A stretch of 27,382 nt of DNA, taken from NCBI GenBank assembly GCA_038060895.1, contig JBBTCT010000021.1, forward strand, positions 8,978 through 36,359, in the 5' to 3' direction. The first letter of the stretch is position 1. Every line of letters begins with the position of its first letter. This document shows positions 1 to 9,130 of the stretch, piece after piece. Both the position numbers and the translations under genes were made by a program. The notes beneath the pieces are model-generated. The model saw only the letters and a list, made by a program, of their open reading frames with translations, was not told where the DNA came from and searched no databases. This stretch comes from Planctomycetota bacterium. Lineage in GTDB: Bacteria; Planctomycetota; MHYJ01; WSZJ01.

Positions 1-60
1 GGGCTGGAGTCGCTGCCGGAGGAGTGCGAGGCCGCGGTCTTTCTGCCCGGCGATTCCCCG
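1..60 (+). CDS. Possible internal fragment of a MocA/MobA-like nucleotidyltransferase at the window edge
   Basis: Frame 1 reads GLESLPEECEAAVFLPGDSP, resembling the GL..LP...DA....LGDQP segment of NTP_transf_3 proteins. The frame then degenerates into a poly-C tract. Confidence 0.3.
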
Positions 61-99
61 ACAGAGTCGCGGCGAGAGCCGGAGCCGACCGCCCCGGGG

Positions 100-128
100 C
101 CCCCCACCCCCCCCCCCCCCCCCCCCCC
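100..128. repeat. Poly-C/poly-G homopolymer tract
   Basis: About 28 C interrupted by a single A, followed by two imperfect copies of AATCCC..GCCGTTC. Confidence 0.85.
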
Positions 129-163
129 AATCCCTTGCCCGCCGTTCCCAATCCCCTGCCGTT

Positions 164-1762
164 CTACCCCTGCGCCTGCAACCATCGCCGATAGTTCGAG
201 TAGCGCTGGTGGTAGTACTTCATCTTCAGCACGTCGGCTTGCACGTGCGCGTACAGTTTCGAGTTCTTCGCCAGCCCGGTCAGCACGGTTTCGATTTTCG
301 CGATCTGCACGTCCACGTCCTTCATCGGCACGCCTTCCAGCCCCTTCTCGAATTCTTCGTCGAGTTGTGCGACCGGGTCGTCCCGATCCAGGTTCAGCTT
401 CACGAACTCCTCGCAGGACGCGTCCCACGCGCGCCGCAGCCACGCGATCCGGTCTATCCGGTAGATCTGCGCGCTCTGCTGGTCGAAGAACGGGCTCGTC
501 GCGTTCGCCTGCAGCTTGTCATGAAGAACGAACGGCGCGATCTGCCGCACGTCTTCCGGCGAAACTTCCTGCGACCCGCGGAACCACGCGATCGTTTTCG
601 CAAACGTCAGCAAGGTCATCAGCGCACGCACGCTCAGCCCATTCTCCGTCTGGCTGCACAGGCACTTCACCTTGTCCCGCCCGCAGTCGTTCGCGCACGT
701 CGCCGACAGCGTCTTGCCGGCGAGATGGATCGTGTCCTTCGACTTGTACTCGATCTCCTGCGCCGCCAGGTCGCAGAAGTCGAACTGCGCCGCGAAGAAT
801 TCGATCCGCCGCCGCACGCCGCGCGGGATCGGCACCAGAAGTATCTGCGAGTGCACTTCGTTCAGTTCCTGCTCCGTGAACTTGATCTCGTCGGGAACCA
901 GCGCTTCCGGCTTCACCCCGTCCTCGATCCGCGTCAGCAGGTCGCCCAGAAACCGCGGATTGAAATTCAGCGCCTTGATCACCACGTCGATCCGGTCCTT
1001 CAGCGCTTCGATCACCTGGTAAGTCCCGCCCCCAGCGTCGTCGTTGGCCGTCAGGAACCACGCGCTCTCCGGCGAGTCGATCGTCTGCCCGAGGACTTCC
1101 GCGTAGCCGTCCGACATCAGCGTCAGCAGCGCCGACTGCGTGCGCGTCGGGATCCGGTTGTACTCGTCGACGATCTTCACGCGCATCCTGATCCACTGCC
1201 GCCAGCTGATCCGGATCTTCTCCATGTCGTCGGCCTGGATCAGATCCTTTGGCAGCGGCGACCCGAGCAGGTCCGCGACGGTCATCTGCGGCTGTCCGTG
1301 CTGCATCGCGCGGCGCATGTCTTTCAGCGAGTACCCCGCGAGGATGCCCATGAGAAGCGCCGATGCGGTCTTGCCGCGCCCGGGCCCGCCGACGAAGAGC
1401 GCCTTGCGCCTCCCCGCGAACGTCAGCAGCGGCAGCAGCACGAACGACGACCACGAGCTCGCCGTAGGCAGCCGCACGTCCGTCCCCGCGCCGCCGAACC
1501 GGAACGACCGCGGCGCCCCTTCGTTGAACTCGATGTCGTAGTACGGCGTGATGATCGCGTGGTTCACGATCCAGTAGTACGCCTGCCGGAACTTGTCGTC
1601 GAGCGGCACCGTCGCCATCGGGACGGACTTGTCCACTGCCGTCGCGGGCCCCCGATACAGATCCGCCACGTCAAATTCCCGCGCCTTCGCCGCCCCGGGC
1701 TTCACGATCGTCGGCGAGCTGCTGACCTGGCGCGGATCGCGGGGTGGAAGGGGAGGGGGCAT
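164..1762 (-). CDS. MoxR-like AAA+ ATPase with C-terminal helical extension
   Basis: Walker A GGPGRGKT, Walker B VDEYNRIPTRTQSALL, sensor-1 TAND, EALKDRID, lid motif SVRA..EDVRQIAPFVLHDKL. Start placed at MPPPLPP because the ORF's upstream part overlaps the divergent gene. Confidence 0.85.
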   Translation of the reverse strand: MPPPLPPRDPRQVSSSPTIVKPGAAKAREFDVADLYRGPATAVDKSVPMATVPLDDKFRQAYYWIVNHAIITPYYDIEFNEGAPRSFRFGGAGTDVRLPTASSWSSFVLLPLLTFAGRRKALFVGGPGRGKTASALLMGILAGYSLKDMRRAMQHGQPQMTVADLLGSPLPKDLIQADDMEKIRISWRQWIRMRVKIVDEYNRIPTRTQSALLTLMSDGYAEVLGQTIDSPESAWFLTANDDAGGGTYQVIEALKDRIDVVIKALNFNPRFLGDLLTRIEDGVKPEALVPDEIKFTEQELNEVHSQILLVPIPRGVRRRIEFFAAQFDFCDLAAQEIEYKSKDTIHLAGKTLSATCANDCGRDKVKCLCSQTENGLSVRALMTLLTFAKTIAWFRGSQEVSPEDVRQIAPFVLHDKLQANATSPFFDQQSAQIYRIDRIAWLRRAWDASCEEFVKLNLDRDDPVAQLDEEFEKGLEGVPMKDVDVQIAKIETVLTGLAKNSKLYAHVQADVLKMKYYHQRYSNYRRWLQAQG

Positions 1763-1852
1763 GGGCGCGATTCTGGAACGGAGAGAGCATCGGCGAAAGG
1801 AAAAGCAAATGAGATGCCTAGAATGGACCGCGTTCCCGGGAAGGAGGATCCG

Positions 1853-2578
1853 ATGCGTGCCCTGCTGTTCCTGATGCTGATCCCATGCGCGGCCACCGCG
1901 CAGGATCGCGTGGGCGATGGGATCTACCTGGAATTCGATGTCCAGGCATTCAAGGCGGGACAGTGGGTCGAGCAGGAATTGACAACGAAGTTCATCGACG
2001 AAGACGGCAAGGCTGTCGCCGAGCATTGGTTTTCCAGACTGGCCTGCATTCGAACCGACGATGAGTTCGTTTGGATGGAAGAGACGCGGTGGAGTGCGGC
2101 GCGCCCTGACGAAAGAACGGTCACGCAGCACCAGCTCCGGCGGAAGGACGGCGAAGTACTCAAGGCCTGGCGTGGAAAGCCCGGGAGCAAGGGAGAGATC
2201 CTGGAAATCTGCAAGTCGTTGCCCGTGACAGAAATCCACCCCCGGGACTCAAAGCGGACCGGAAATGTGACGACCGAGAAGCTCGAAGTCGGCGGGACAG
2301 TCATCGAGATTCAGAAGATTCAGATCGAGATCGTCGAGCCTGGAGAAAAAGGGAAGAAGTTCATCAAGACGATTTGCATTTCCAAGAGCGCTCCGTTTCC
2401 GATTCGGTGGGACGACGAAGGGGTGCTCAGGCGTAAGACCGAAGAGGCAACACTGGCCGGCACGATCGAAGTCACGGCGGGCGTCGTCAGCATCGAGCGC
2501 ACCTGGCCGAATGGTTCCTCGAGATTCGCCGTTATCGCCATGGGAATCGATGCCAAGCCGACCTTGACGACCAAGTGA
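1853..2578 (+). CDS. Secreted beta-rich hypothetical protein
   Basis: AAGGAGG RBS at 1841-1847; signal peptide MRALLFLMLIPCAATA; this is the 3' part of ORF 209..2578. Confidence 0.75.
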   Translation: MRALLFLMLIPCAATAQDRVGDGIYLEFDVQAFKAGQWVEQELTTKFIDEDGKAVAEHWFSRLACIRTDDEFVWMEETRWSAARPDERTVTQHQLRRKDGEVLKAWRGKPGSKGEILEICKSLPVTEIHPRDSKRTGNVTTEKLEVGGTVIEIQKIQIEIVEPGEKGKKFIKTICISKSAPFPIRWDDEGVLRRKTEEATLAGTIEVTAGVVSIERTWPNGSSRFAVIAMGIDAKPTLTTK

Positions 2579-2644
2579 GCGTCAGGACGTTTTCGGCGGC
2601 CCGCGGTAGCCAGCCGACTGCACCGTGACATACCATCGCCCGCC

Positions 2645-3457
2645 ATGCTTCCAAAGATGATCTACGGCACCGCCTGGAAAGAGCTCGAAACCGAACGCCT
2701 TGTGACTCTCGCGCTCAAGAGCGGCTTCCGCGCGATCGACACTGCGAACCAGCGGAAGCACTACTACGAGGCGGGGGTCGGCGCGGCGCTGGCGAAGGCG
2801 TACAAGGAAGGACTGGTAAAACGCGAAGATCTGTTTCTCCAGACAAAATTCACGGACATCGGCGGGCAGGACAGCCGGCTTCCATACGACCCGAACGCGG
2901 ACGAAGCGACGCAGGTGAAACAGTCGTTCGCGAGCTCGCTCGAGCACCTGGGGACGGACTACCTCGACTCGTACGTGCTGCACGGGCCGTCAACGCGCTT
3001 CGGCATCGGCGAGCACGACCGGGCGACCTGGCGGGCGATGGAGGAGTTGGCGCTGGCGGGGAGGACGCGGGCGCTGGGGGTGAGCAACGTGTCCGCGGAA
3101 CAGCTGGAGGAACTTTGCGGGTTCGCGAAGGTCCAGCCCGCGTTCGCGCAGATCCGGACGTATGCGCAGAGAGGGTGGGAATCGGACACGCGCGCGGTGT
3201 GCCGCGAGCGGAGAATCGTGTTCGAAGGGTTCTCGCTTCTGACCGCCAACCCGCACGTCGTGATGCACCCCGAGGTCGGCAGTCTCGCGGCTGCCCGCAG
3301 GGTCACGCCGGCGCAGCTCACGTTTGCGTGGTGCGTGCATCTGGGCATCCTGCCGCTCACGGGGACGACGAGCGAAGAGCACATGAAACAGGACCTGGCG
3401 GCGATCGATCTCAAGCTGAGCGCGGCGGAGGCGCAGGTCTTCGAGCGAATCCGGTAA
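2645..3457 (+). CDS. Aldo/keto reductase
   Basis: YGTAW, GFRAIDTA, YYE, REDLFLQTKF, SLEHLGTDYLDSYVLHGP, ALGVSN, TPAQL motifs. Confidence 0.93.
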   Translation: MLPKMIYGTAWKELETERLVTLALKSGFRAIDTANQRKHYYEAGVGAALAKAYKEGLVKREDLFLQTKFTDIGGQDSRLPYDPNADEATQVKQSFASSLEHLGTDYLDSYVLHGPSTRFGIGEHDRATWRAMEELALAGRTRALGVSNVSAEQLEELCGFAKVQPAFAQIRTYAQRGWESDTRAVCRERRIVFEGFSLLTANPHVVMHPEVGSLAAARRVTPAQLTFAWCVHLGILPLTGTTSEEHMKQDLAAIDLKLSAAEAQVFERIR

Positions 3458-3464
3458 AGCCGCT

Positions 3465-4085
3465 CTACCGCGCCCTGTGAGAGTGCCGGGCGCCGCAGGG
3501 GAGTCCCCGCGAACTCAGCGCCGCCTGCAATCGCTCTACGGGTAACCCGACCACGTTGCTGAACGACCCAGCGAGGCCCTTCACGAGCATCTCCCCATGC
3601 TCCTGGATCGCGTAGGCGCCTGCCTTGTCCAGGACGTCTACTTTGGCGAGGTAATCCGAGATCGTCCGGCTCGTGAGCCGGCGAAGCTGGACGCGGCTGA
3701 TCTCGGCGAACACTTCCAGGTCGCGGGCGGACTTGCGCATGAGACAGACGCCCGTGATCACCTCGTGCGTTTTCCCCGAGAGAGCGCGCAGCATTCTTGC
3801 GGCGGCACGATTGTCGGCCGGCTTTCCGAAGCACCGCCCCCCAAGCGTGACAACGGTGTCGGCGCCGATGACCAGCGCGTCGGGGTGGAGGTCGCTCACG
3901 ACCACCGCCTTGCGGCACGCGTTGGTGAGCGCCAGTTCCAGCGGATCCAGGTGACCGCCTTCGATCTCAGCGGCTCGGGTGGGGATGATCTCGACTTTCA
4001 CCCCCATCTCCTGCAGCAGCTCGGCCCGTCTCGGCGATGCCGATGCCAGGATGATGCGGGGGACTCTCCGTTGCCGGCGCTTCAC
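3465..4085 (-). CDS. maf: Maf family nucleoside triphosphate pyrophosphatase (YhdE-like)
   Basis: ILASASPRR, IGADTVV, GKP, LSGKTHEVITG, DKAGAYAIQ, NVVGLP. GTG start inferred from a -10 element 7 nt upstream. Confidence 0.93.
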   Translation of the reverse strand: MKRRQRRVPRIILASASPRRAELLQEMGVKVEIIPTRAAEIEGGHLDPLELALTNACRKAVVVSDLHPDALVIGADTVVTLGGRCFGKPADNRAAARMLRALSGKTHEVITGVCLMRKSARDLEVFAEISRVQLRRLTSRTISDYLAKVDVLDKAGAYAIQEHGEMLVKGLAGSFSNVVGLPVERLQAALSSRGLPCGARHSHRAR

Positions 4086-4092
4086 GAGGCGG

Positions 4093-4120
4093 ATCGTAGT
4101 CACGCGCCGCACCGTGTCAA
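4093..4120 (-). promoter_or_regulatory. Sigma70-type promoter for maf
   Basis: Minus strand TTGACA-N16-TACGAT, 7 nt before the GTG. Confidence 0.6.
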
Positions 4121-4143
4121 TTTCACCGTAGAATGCCCGCACG

Positions 4144-5154
4144 ATGCCCACCGATCTTCCGTTCACGGCCCCCTGGCTCCTCGCCCCGATGGAAGGCGTC
4201 ACGGACCCGTGCTTCCGCGACGTCGTGCTCGAGCGCCTCTCGCCGGCCGACCTCGGCGGCGTCTACACTGAATTCGTGCGCGTGAGCCACCTGCCGATCC
4301 CCGAGTGGAAGCTCGCCGAGCACATGGGCCCCCGCAGGTACGCCCAGCCGATCGGCCTGCAGGTGATGGGGAGCATGGTCGGCCCGCTCGCCGCCACCGC
4401 CGACGCCGCGATCTACGCCGGCGCGCCCCTCGTCGACATCAATTTCGGCTGTCCTTCAAAGGGCGCCTTCCACGACTGCGCCGGGTCGGCGCTTCTCGAT
4501 CACCCCGACCGCATCGAAATGCTCGTCCGCGCCGTTGTTCAGGCCGCGGGCGGGCGAGTGCCGGTGACGGCGAAGATGCGAAGCGGCGTCCGGGAGGACT
4601 CTCGGATCGAGGAGATCGCGCAGGCCGCGGAAGCGGGCGGCGCGGTGATGATCACGGTGCACTGCCGGACGCGAGAAGAGGGATACCGCGACTGCGCCGA
4701 CTGGAGCCGCGTGGCGCGCGCGGTCGCCGCCGTGAAGGTGCCCGTCTGCGGCAACGGCAGCGTCGAGACGCACGCAGACCTCGAGCGCATGCGCCGCGAG
4801 ACCGGATGCAAGTACGTCATGGTCGGTCGTGCGGCGCTCGGCGACCCGTGGATGTTCAGCGGCCGCAAGGTCAACACCGTCGAAGCCGCGAGGTTCCTGC
4901 TCGATTACGCCGAAGCGCTGCAAACGCGAAGAGACTTCAGCCCGAACGGGGTCGCGGGTCGCGTGAAGCGGCTCCTGTCCTTCTGGACGGCGGGCCGGCT
5001 CTTCAAGAGCAAGGCCGAGAAAACCCGCAGGTTGAGCGAACCCAGGCCCGAGCTGCTGTGGGCGTGGCTCCAGGAAGTAGCGGCCGGCGGTGAAGTCCGT
5101 TCGCCACAGTCCGATTGCACCGCCGTGCGCCCTTCGGCTACCCTGAACGCATGA
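4144..5154 (+). CDS. dus: tRNA-dihydrouridine synthase (DusC-like)
   Basis: LAPMEG, YTEF, DINFGCP (catalytic Cys), GSALL, TVHCRT, GNG, VMVGRAALGDPW. Confidence 0.92.
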   Translation: MPTDLPFTAPWLLAPMEGVTDPCFRDVVLERLSPADLGGVYTEFVRVSHLPIPEWKLAEHMGPRRYAQPIGLQVMGSMVGPLAATADAAIYAGAPLVDINFGCPSKGAFHDCAGSALLDHPDRIEMLVRAVVQAAGGRVPVTAKMRSGVREDSRIEEIAQAAEAGGAVMITVHCRTREEGYRDCADWSRVARAVAAVKVPVCGNGSVETHADLERMRRETGCKYVMVGRAALGDPWMFSGRKVNTVEAARFLLDYAEALQTRRDFSPNGVAGRVKRLLSFWTAGRLFKSKAEKTRRLSEPRPELLWAWLQEVAAGGEVRSPQSDCTAVRPSATLNA

Positions 5155-5930
5155 CGCGCATCCTCCTCGCGCTCGCCATTTTCGCGCTTCCGGCTCGCGC
5201 CGCCGATTGTGCCGCGTGCACCGCTTCCAAGCTCTGCGCCCCGCACGTCGAGTCCGACAAGGAGGCGTGCAAGGCTCTGCAGACGGGCCTGGCCAACGCC
5301 GATCCCGCCGTGCGCAAGTCGGCGATCGACATGTTTGCGGAGGCATGCTCCGCGCACCTGAACTGCCGGCCCGCGTCGAACGCCGCCCTTCTGGGGGCGG
5401 CTCTGAAAGACACGGATCCCGCGGTGCGCATTCGTGCTGCGGGGCAACTCGGGCTGACGCAGGATCCGCGGACGACCGTGAAGCTGCTCAATCCCTTCAT
5501 CGATCCGCTGGGCAAGCGGCTCGACAAGGAGCCGAAGCCGGGAAAGGACGAAGTGGCCTGGGACCACGACTTCGATTTCATGAAGGCGATCATCGTCGCT
5601 CTCGCCGCGACCGGCGTGCCGGAAGCGGGCCCGCCGATGGTCCGGATCCTGGGGTGCGCGCGCCTGATCGTGACGGAAGCGGCGGCGCAGGAGTGCCACC
5701 GGGTGCGTTCCCGGGAAGTTCCGCCCGCGATCCTGGAGCGGTTCGATGAGGTCAAGAAGACTCCTCCGGAAACGTATCGGGACCGCGCTTACATGGCTCT
5801 CGTCGCCGCGTGGGAGAAGCTGACGACGTCCGGCGTCCCGCCTCCCGCCGCCAACAGCGCCGGCGAGGCCAACCGCTGGCTCAGCGACTGCAAGGCGTGG
5901 TGGAAGGCGAACGAGAAAAAGTTCAAATAG
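5151..5930 (+). CDS. Secreted HEAT-repeat protein with N-terminal Cys/His motif
   Basis: ATGA overlap with the dus stop; signal peptide ending ARA; HEAT units LANADPAVRKSA and LKDTDPAVRIRAAGQLG; WxxWWxxN C-terminus. Confidence 0.8.
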   Translation: MTRILLALAIFALPARAADCAACTASKLCAPHVESDKEACKALQTGLANADPAVRKSAIDMFAEACSAHLNCRPASNAALLGAALKDTDPAVRIRAAGQLGLTQDPRTTVKLLNPFIDPLGKRLDKEPKPGKDEVAWDHDFDFMKAIIVALAATGVPEAGPPMVRILGCARLIVTEAAAQECHRVRSREVPPAILERFDEVKKTPPETYRDRAYMALVAAWEKLTTSGVPPPAANSAGEANRWLSDCKAWWKANEKKFK

Positions 5931-5945
5931 GGCGCCGACCGTTCG

Positions 5946-6806
5946 CTACCTGGCCAGTCGCTTCAGTTCCGCCCGCGCCATGTCGGGCTCCACGAATCCC
6001 GGGACGGCGTTTTCGACGCATTCGCGGAAGCGATCGAGGGCTCCCGAGTCGTCTCCGGCAGCTTCCCGCGCGACGCCGGCGTAAAACGTCGCCTCGCACG
6101 TCCTCTCCTTCCGCGTTTTCTCGTCGCCGGTTCGCGCCGTGAGAAGCAGCTCCTGCTCGGGGAATTCACCCTGCAGAAACTCGGCGATCTGGCGTGGCCA
6201 GGCGGTTTCCATCGTGGGGCGAGCCTGGCGGAAGTGCCGCTTCAGTCCTTCCACGGCTTCGTCGCCCCGGCCGGCGCGAAGTCTTGCGGCGGCGAGCTCG
6301 AGCTGGGTGAAGTCGAGGTTGGCGCCGGCGTTCTGAGTGCGGCCGGCCTCGGCGAGGTCGGCGACGGCGCCGTCGAGGTCCCCGAGGCAAAAGCGGGCGT
6401 GGCCGCGGGCGCGGTGGAACTCAGCCGCCGTGCGGGTCGAGAGGGCTTGCGTGTAGTCGGCGACGGCCCCGGCGGGATCTCCGGCGGCCTGCTTCTCCTT
6501 GCCGCGACGGAAGCAGCGGGTGGCGTCGTCCAGGTTGAGGTCGAGGGCGCGCGCGTACGCCCTGGCGGCGCCTTTCTCGTCTCCGACCGCCCGGAGCGCT
6601 TCGCCGAGGCTGAACCAGGTCGAGGCCGACTCGGGCTCCAGGTCGAGCGCATTCTCGAACGCGCGGACAGCTCCCGGCGCGTCGCCGTTCTGAAGCTTTC
6701 GCTCGCCGGTGCGGACGTGGTCGCGAAAATCGCGGATCCGGTTTTCGGAAGTGTTGCAGGCGGAGAGCAGAACGAGCAGAGCGACGAGTGAAGATGCGCG
6801 CTTCAT
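5946..6806 (-). CDS. TPR lipoprotein, NlpI-like
   Basis: Lipobox LSAC; several TPR units (AFENALDLEP..WFSLGEAL; AVADYTQAL); C-terminal WP..IAEFL and CEATFYAG resembling NlpI. Confidence 0.85.
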   Translation of the reverse strand: MKRASSLVALLVLLSACNTSENRIRDFRDHVRTGERKLQNGDAPGAVRAFENALDLEPESASTWFSLGEALRAVGDEKGAARAYARALDLNLDDATRCFRRGKEKQAAGDPAGAVADYTQALSTRTAAEFHRARGHARFCLGDLDGAVADLAEAGRTQNAGANLDFTQLELAAARLRAGRGDEAVEGLKRHFRQARPTMETAWPRQIAEFLQGEFPEQELLLTARTGDEKTRKERTCEATFYAGVAREAAGDDSGALDRFRECVENAVPGFVEPDMARAELKRLAR

Positions 6807-6991
6807 GAGTGAATTCCTGGCTCCCATTCCTCCCTGCGTCATTATCAACAGGACGGCCGGGGAGGCATCGAGAAATGCACCTTTTGAAGGGCATTTCGCT
6901 TATATTCGGAAGTCTCTATGCCCAAAGGGGTTGCATCGGTCCACAGGCATGCGGTCGCCTCCCGGCGATCCGCGAAATCCTCTTTACCCTG

Positions 6992-7016
6992 TGTAACACT
7001 TCCTTTCCCCACCGTC
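6992..7016 (+). promoter_or_regulatory. Candidate autoregulatory ECF-sigma promoter
   Basis: TGTAAC-N15-CGTC ending 17 nt upstream of the ECF sigma start; fits the AAC/CGT pattern of ECF promoters. Confidence 0.55.
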
Positions 7017-7033
7017 CTATTCCCGGCTGACGC

Positions 7034-7582
7034 GTGATAACACCGCTGGAGAGCGAGCACCAAAAAGCCCTTCTCCGCAACTGGGCCCGGGGTAACCGGG
7101 AAAGCGGAGAGGAGCTTCTCCGGCTCATGCTTCCGGGGATTTACGGGTTGTGCTTCCGAATCCTCGGTCGCGACGCCGATGCGCAGGACGCCGCGCAGGA
7201 GACGTTCGCACGGATGTGCGCGGAAGTCCGGAAAGGGACGGAAATCCGGGACGTGCGGAAGTGGGCGGCGACGGTGGCGATGAACCGCTCGATCGACATG
7301 AAACGTGTACGGGGGCGCGAGGTGGAGCTGGTGCCGGAACTCGCGCCTGCTGCAGAAGAGTCGGACCCGCTGGAGAGGATCGACGCAGAGCACCTGAGGT
7401 CGTGGATGGCGAAGTTGCCGGAGCGGTACCGGGTCGTGCTTCATCACCATTTCTACATGGACATGAAGCCGCAGGAGATCGCCGAGGTGATGGGGCTGGA
7501 AGCCGGGACGGCGAGAGTCCTTCTGCACCGGGCGATCGTCGCGTTACGGAAGGCCGCGGGACAGGAAACAACGGAAAAGTGA
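7034..7582 (+). CDS. ECF RNA polymerase sigma factor
   Basis: Region 2 DAQDAAQETF..WAATVAMNRSID; region 4 LPERYRVVL..QEIAEVMGLEAGTARVLLHRA; 182 aa. Confidence 0.93.
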   Translation: MITPLESEHQKALLRNWARGNRESGEELLRLMLPGIYGLCFRILGRDADAQDAAQETFARMCAEVRKGTEIRDVRKWAATVAMNRSIDMKRVRGREVELVPELAPAAEESDPLERIDAEHLRSWMAKLPERYRVVLHHHFYMDMKPQEIAEVMGLEAGTARVLLHRAIVALRKAAGQETTEK

Positions 7583-7583
7583 A

Positions 7584-8609
7584 ATGAACACGCACCCGAA
7601 CCACGAAAAGCTCGCCGAGTTTGCCTGGGACGCCCTGGAGGGCGCCGAGGCCGACGCGGTCGAGATGCATGTCGCCGGATGCGGCGACTGTGCGCTTCGT
7701 GTCGAACGGGTGCGGGCCGAGGCGGGCCGGATCGCGGCCGCGCTGGAGACGCCGGTGCCTGCCGGGCTCGCGGCGCGCATTCTCGACGCCGAAACGCCTG
7801 CGCGCGATCCGGGCCCCGTTGCCAGAGAGGGAGGTCACCTCGGCACCTGGATGGGACTCGCCGCCGCGGCACTCTTCGCCGTCACGTCCGCATGGGCGTG
7901 GCGCGGGATGCAGGACGCGAATCGCAGGATCGAAAAGCTCGAGAAAGATCTCGCCGCCCGCCCCGTCGCGGGGCCGGTCGTCGCGAATCAGCCGGACGAC
8001 TTTGACGAGATCCTGAAACAGATGGCTCGCCTCGAGATGGAAGGCGAAGCCGGCATCGTGATCGCTTCTGCCCCGGGTCTTCCGCCGAGCGACAGGGAAA
8101 CCGCGCGCGCCATGATCATAGCCGCGACCGACACGACCGCAGAAACGGTCGCGAAGCTCGCGCGCAAGGAGATCGACTGGGACGCGTTGATGTCCCTCGA
8201 CACCTTCGCGAGCCTGGACCCCGACCTCCGCGCGAAATTTGAACCGTCCGACGTGGCCGACATCGTCGCGGGGCTCGAGCGCCCGTCGCGTGCCGACGCC
8301 CTTGCCGTGGCTCGTGCCCTGGTCGGCGATCTCATCGTTGCCGCAGGCCTCGACAAAGCCCAGGCATCTTCACTCGAGTCCCTCATCGTCGAAAAAACCG
8401 CGTGGCGCCGCGATTTCCACTTCCTCCCCGACGTCGTCCAGCGCGAGTTGGCGGCGCGCTTTGTCGGGGCGGGCGGGTCGCTGCGCGCTGAATCGGCGGC
8501 GCTTCTCAACGAAACACAGAAAGCCCGCGTTCTCAGCTTCCTGGCGAGCGCGGAGACCGAACGGAACCGTTACTGGGATAACCTCAGAAAAAACGCCGGC
8601 AAGCACTAA
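7584..8609 (+). CDS. Zinc-binding (zf-HC2/ZAS) transmembrane anti-sigma factor with helical extracytoplasmic domain
   Basis: Starts 1 nt after the sigma stop; HxxxCxxC (HVAGCGDC); TM segment WMGLAAAALFAVTSAWAW; coiled coil after the TM. Confidence 0.85.
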   Translation: MNTHPNHEKLAEFAWDALEGAEADAVEMHVAGCGDCALRVERVRAEAGRIAAALETPVPAGLAARILDAETPARDPGPVAREGGHLGTWMGLAAAALFAVTSAWAWRGMQDANRRIEKLEKDLAARPVAGPVVANQPDDFDEILKQMARLEMEGEAGIVIASAPGLPPSDRETARAMIIAATDTTAETVAKLARKEIDWDALMSLDTFASLDPDLRAKFEPSDVADIVAGLERPSRADALAVARALVGDLIVAAGLDKAQASSLESLIVEKTAWRRDFHFLPDVVQRELAARFVGAGGSLRAESAALLNETQKARVLSFLASAETERNRYWDNLRKNAGKH

Positions 8610-8620
8610 GGAACATTGCG

Positions 8621-9073
8621 ATGAAAAAGATGATCGGCGGGTTCGCAGCGGGCGTGATGGCCGTGATGGCAGTCCTGGCGACGGCGGAAGACAAGAAGCC
8701 GGCCGATCCGCAGAAGCCGGCCGAAGAAATCTGGCTCGAGGGCGAGGTCATCGACCTCACGAGCTACCTGAAGGACGGAAGCTTCGGCAAGGACCACTGG
8801 AAGATGGCCAAGGCGCACATCAAGGCGGGGACGCCGGCCGCGATGAGGACGTTCGACGGGAAGATCTACGTGATCACTCCTTACAACCGCCAGGGCTTTG
8901 AGCCGCTTCAGAATGCCGGCGAAGTCATCCGCATGAAGGCCATGGTGTACGAGAGGGATGGCGTGAAGTGCGCGGTAGCGACGGACGTGAAGAAGCTCCC
9001 GCCGGACTACAAGGGGGCCGAAGGCGGCGACCGCGGCCACATGGGCGGCGGCGGAAAAGCAGACGGAAAGTAG
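8621..9073 (+). CDS. Exported small beta (OB-fold-like) protein
   Basis: AAGGA RBS; signal peptide ending ATA; LEGEVID...DGKIYVI...AGEVIRMKAMVYERDG pattern. Confidence 0.8.
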   Translation: MKKMIGGFAAGVMAVMAVLATAEDKKPADPQKPAEEIWLEGEVIDLTSYLKDGSFGKDHWKMAKAHIKAGTPAAMRTFDGKIYVITPYNRQGFEPLQNAGEVIRMKAMVYERDGVKCAVATDVKKLPPDYKGAEGGDRGHMGGGGKADGK

Positions 9074-9130
9074 CGACAAGGCGGGCGGCCCGGTCCGGAT
9101 AAGATCGAGCCCGGCGCCCTCTTCAACACC

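Noticed and set aside
61-163. Poly-C/G tract as a phase-variation or G-quadruplex element
   Set aside because: It is near the window end and follows an abrupt loss of coding sense. A sequencing poly-G or assembly artefact is at least as likely without reads.
209-1852. 789-aa + strand ORF overlapping the ATPase
   Set aside because: Antisense shadow of a GC-rich gene. The real gene starts at 1853 with an RBS and signal peptide.
1763-2239. N-terminal extension of the 691-aa ATPase ORF
   Set aside because: Antisense to the 1853 gene and lacks protein-like features.
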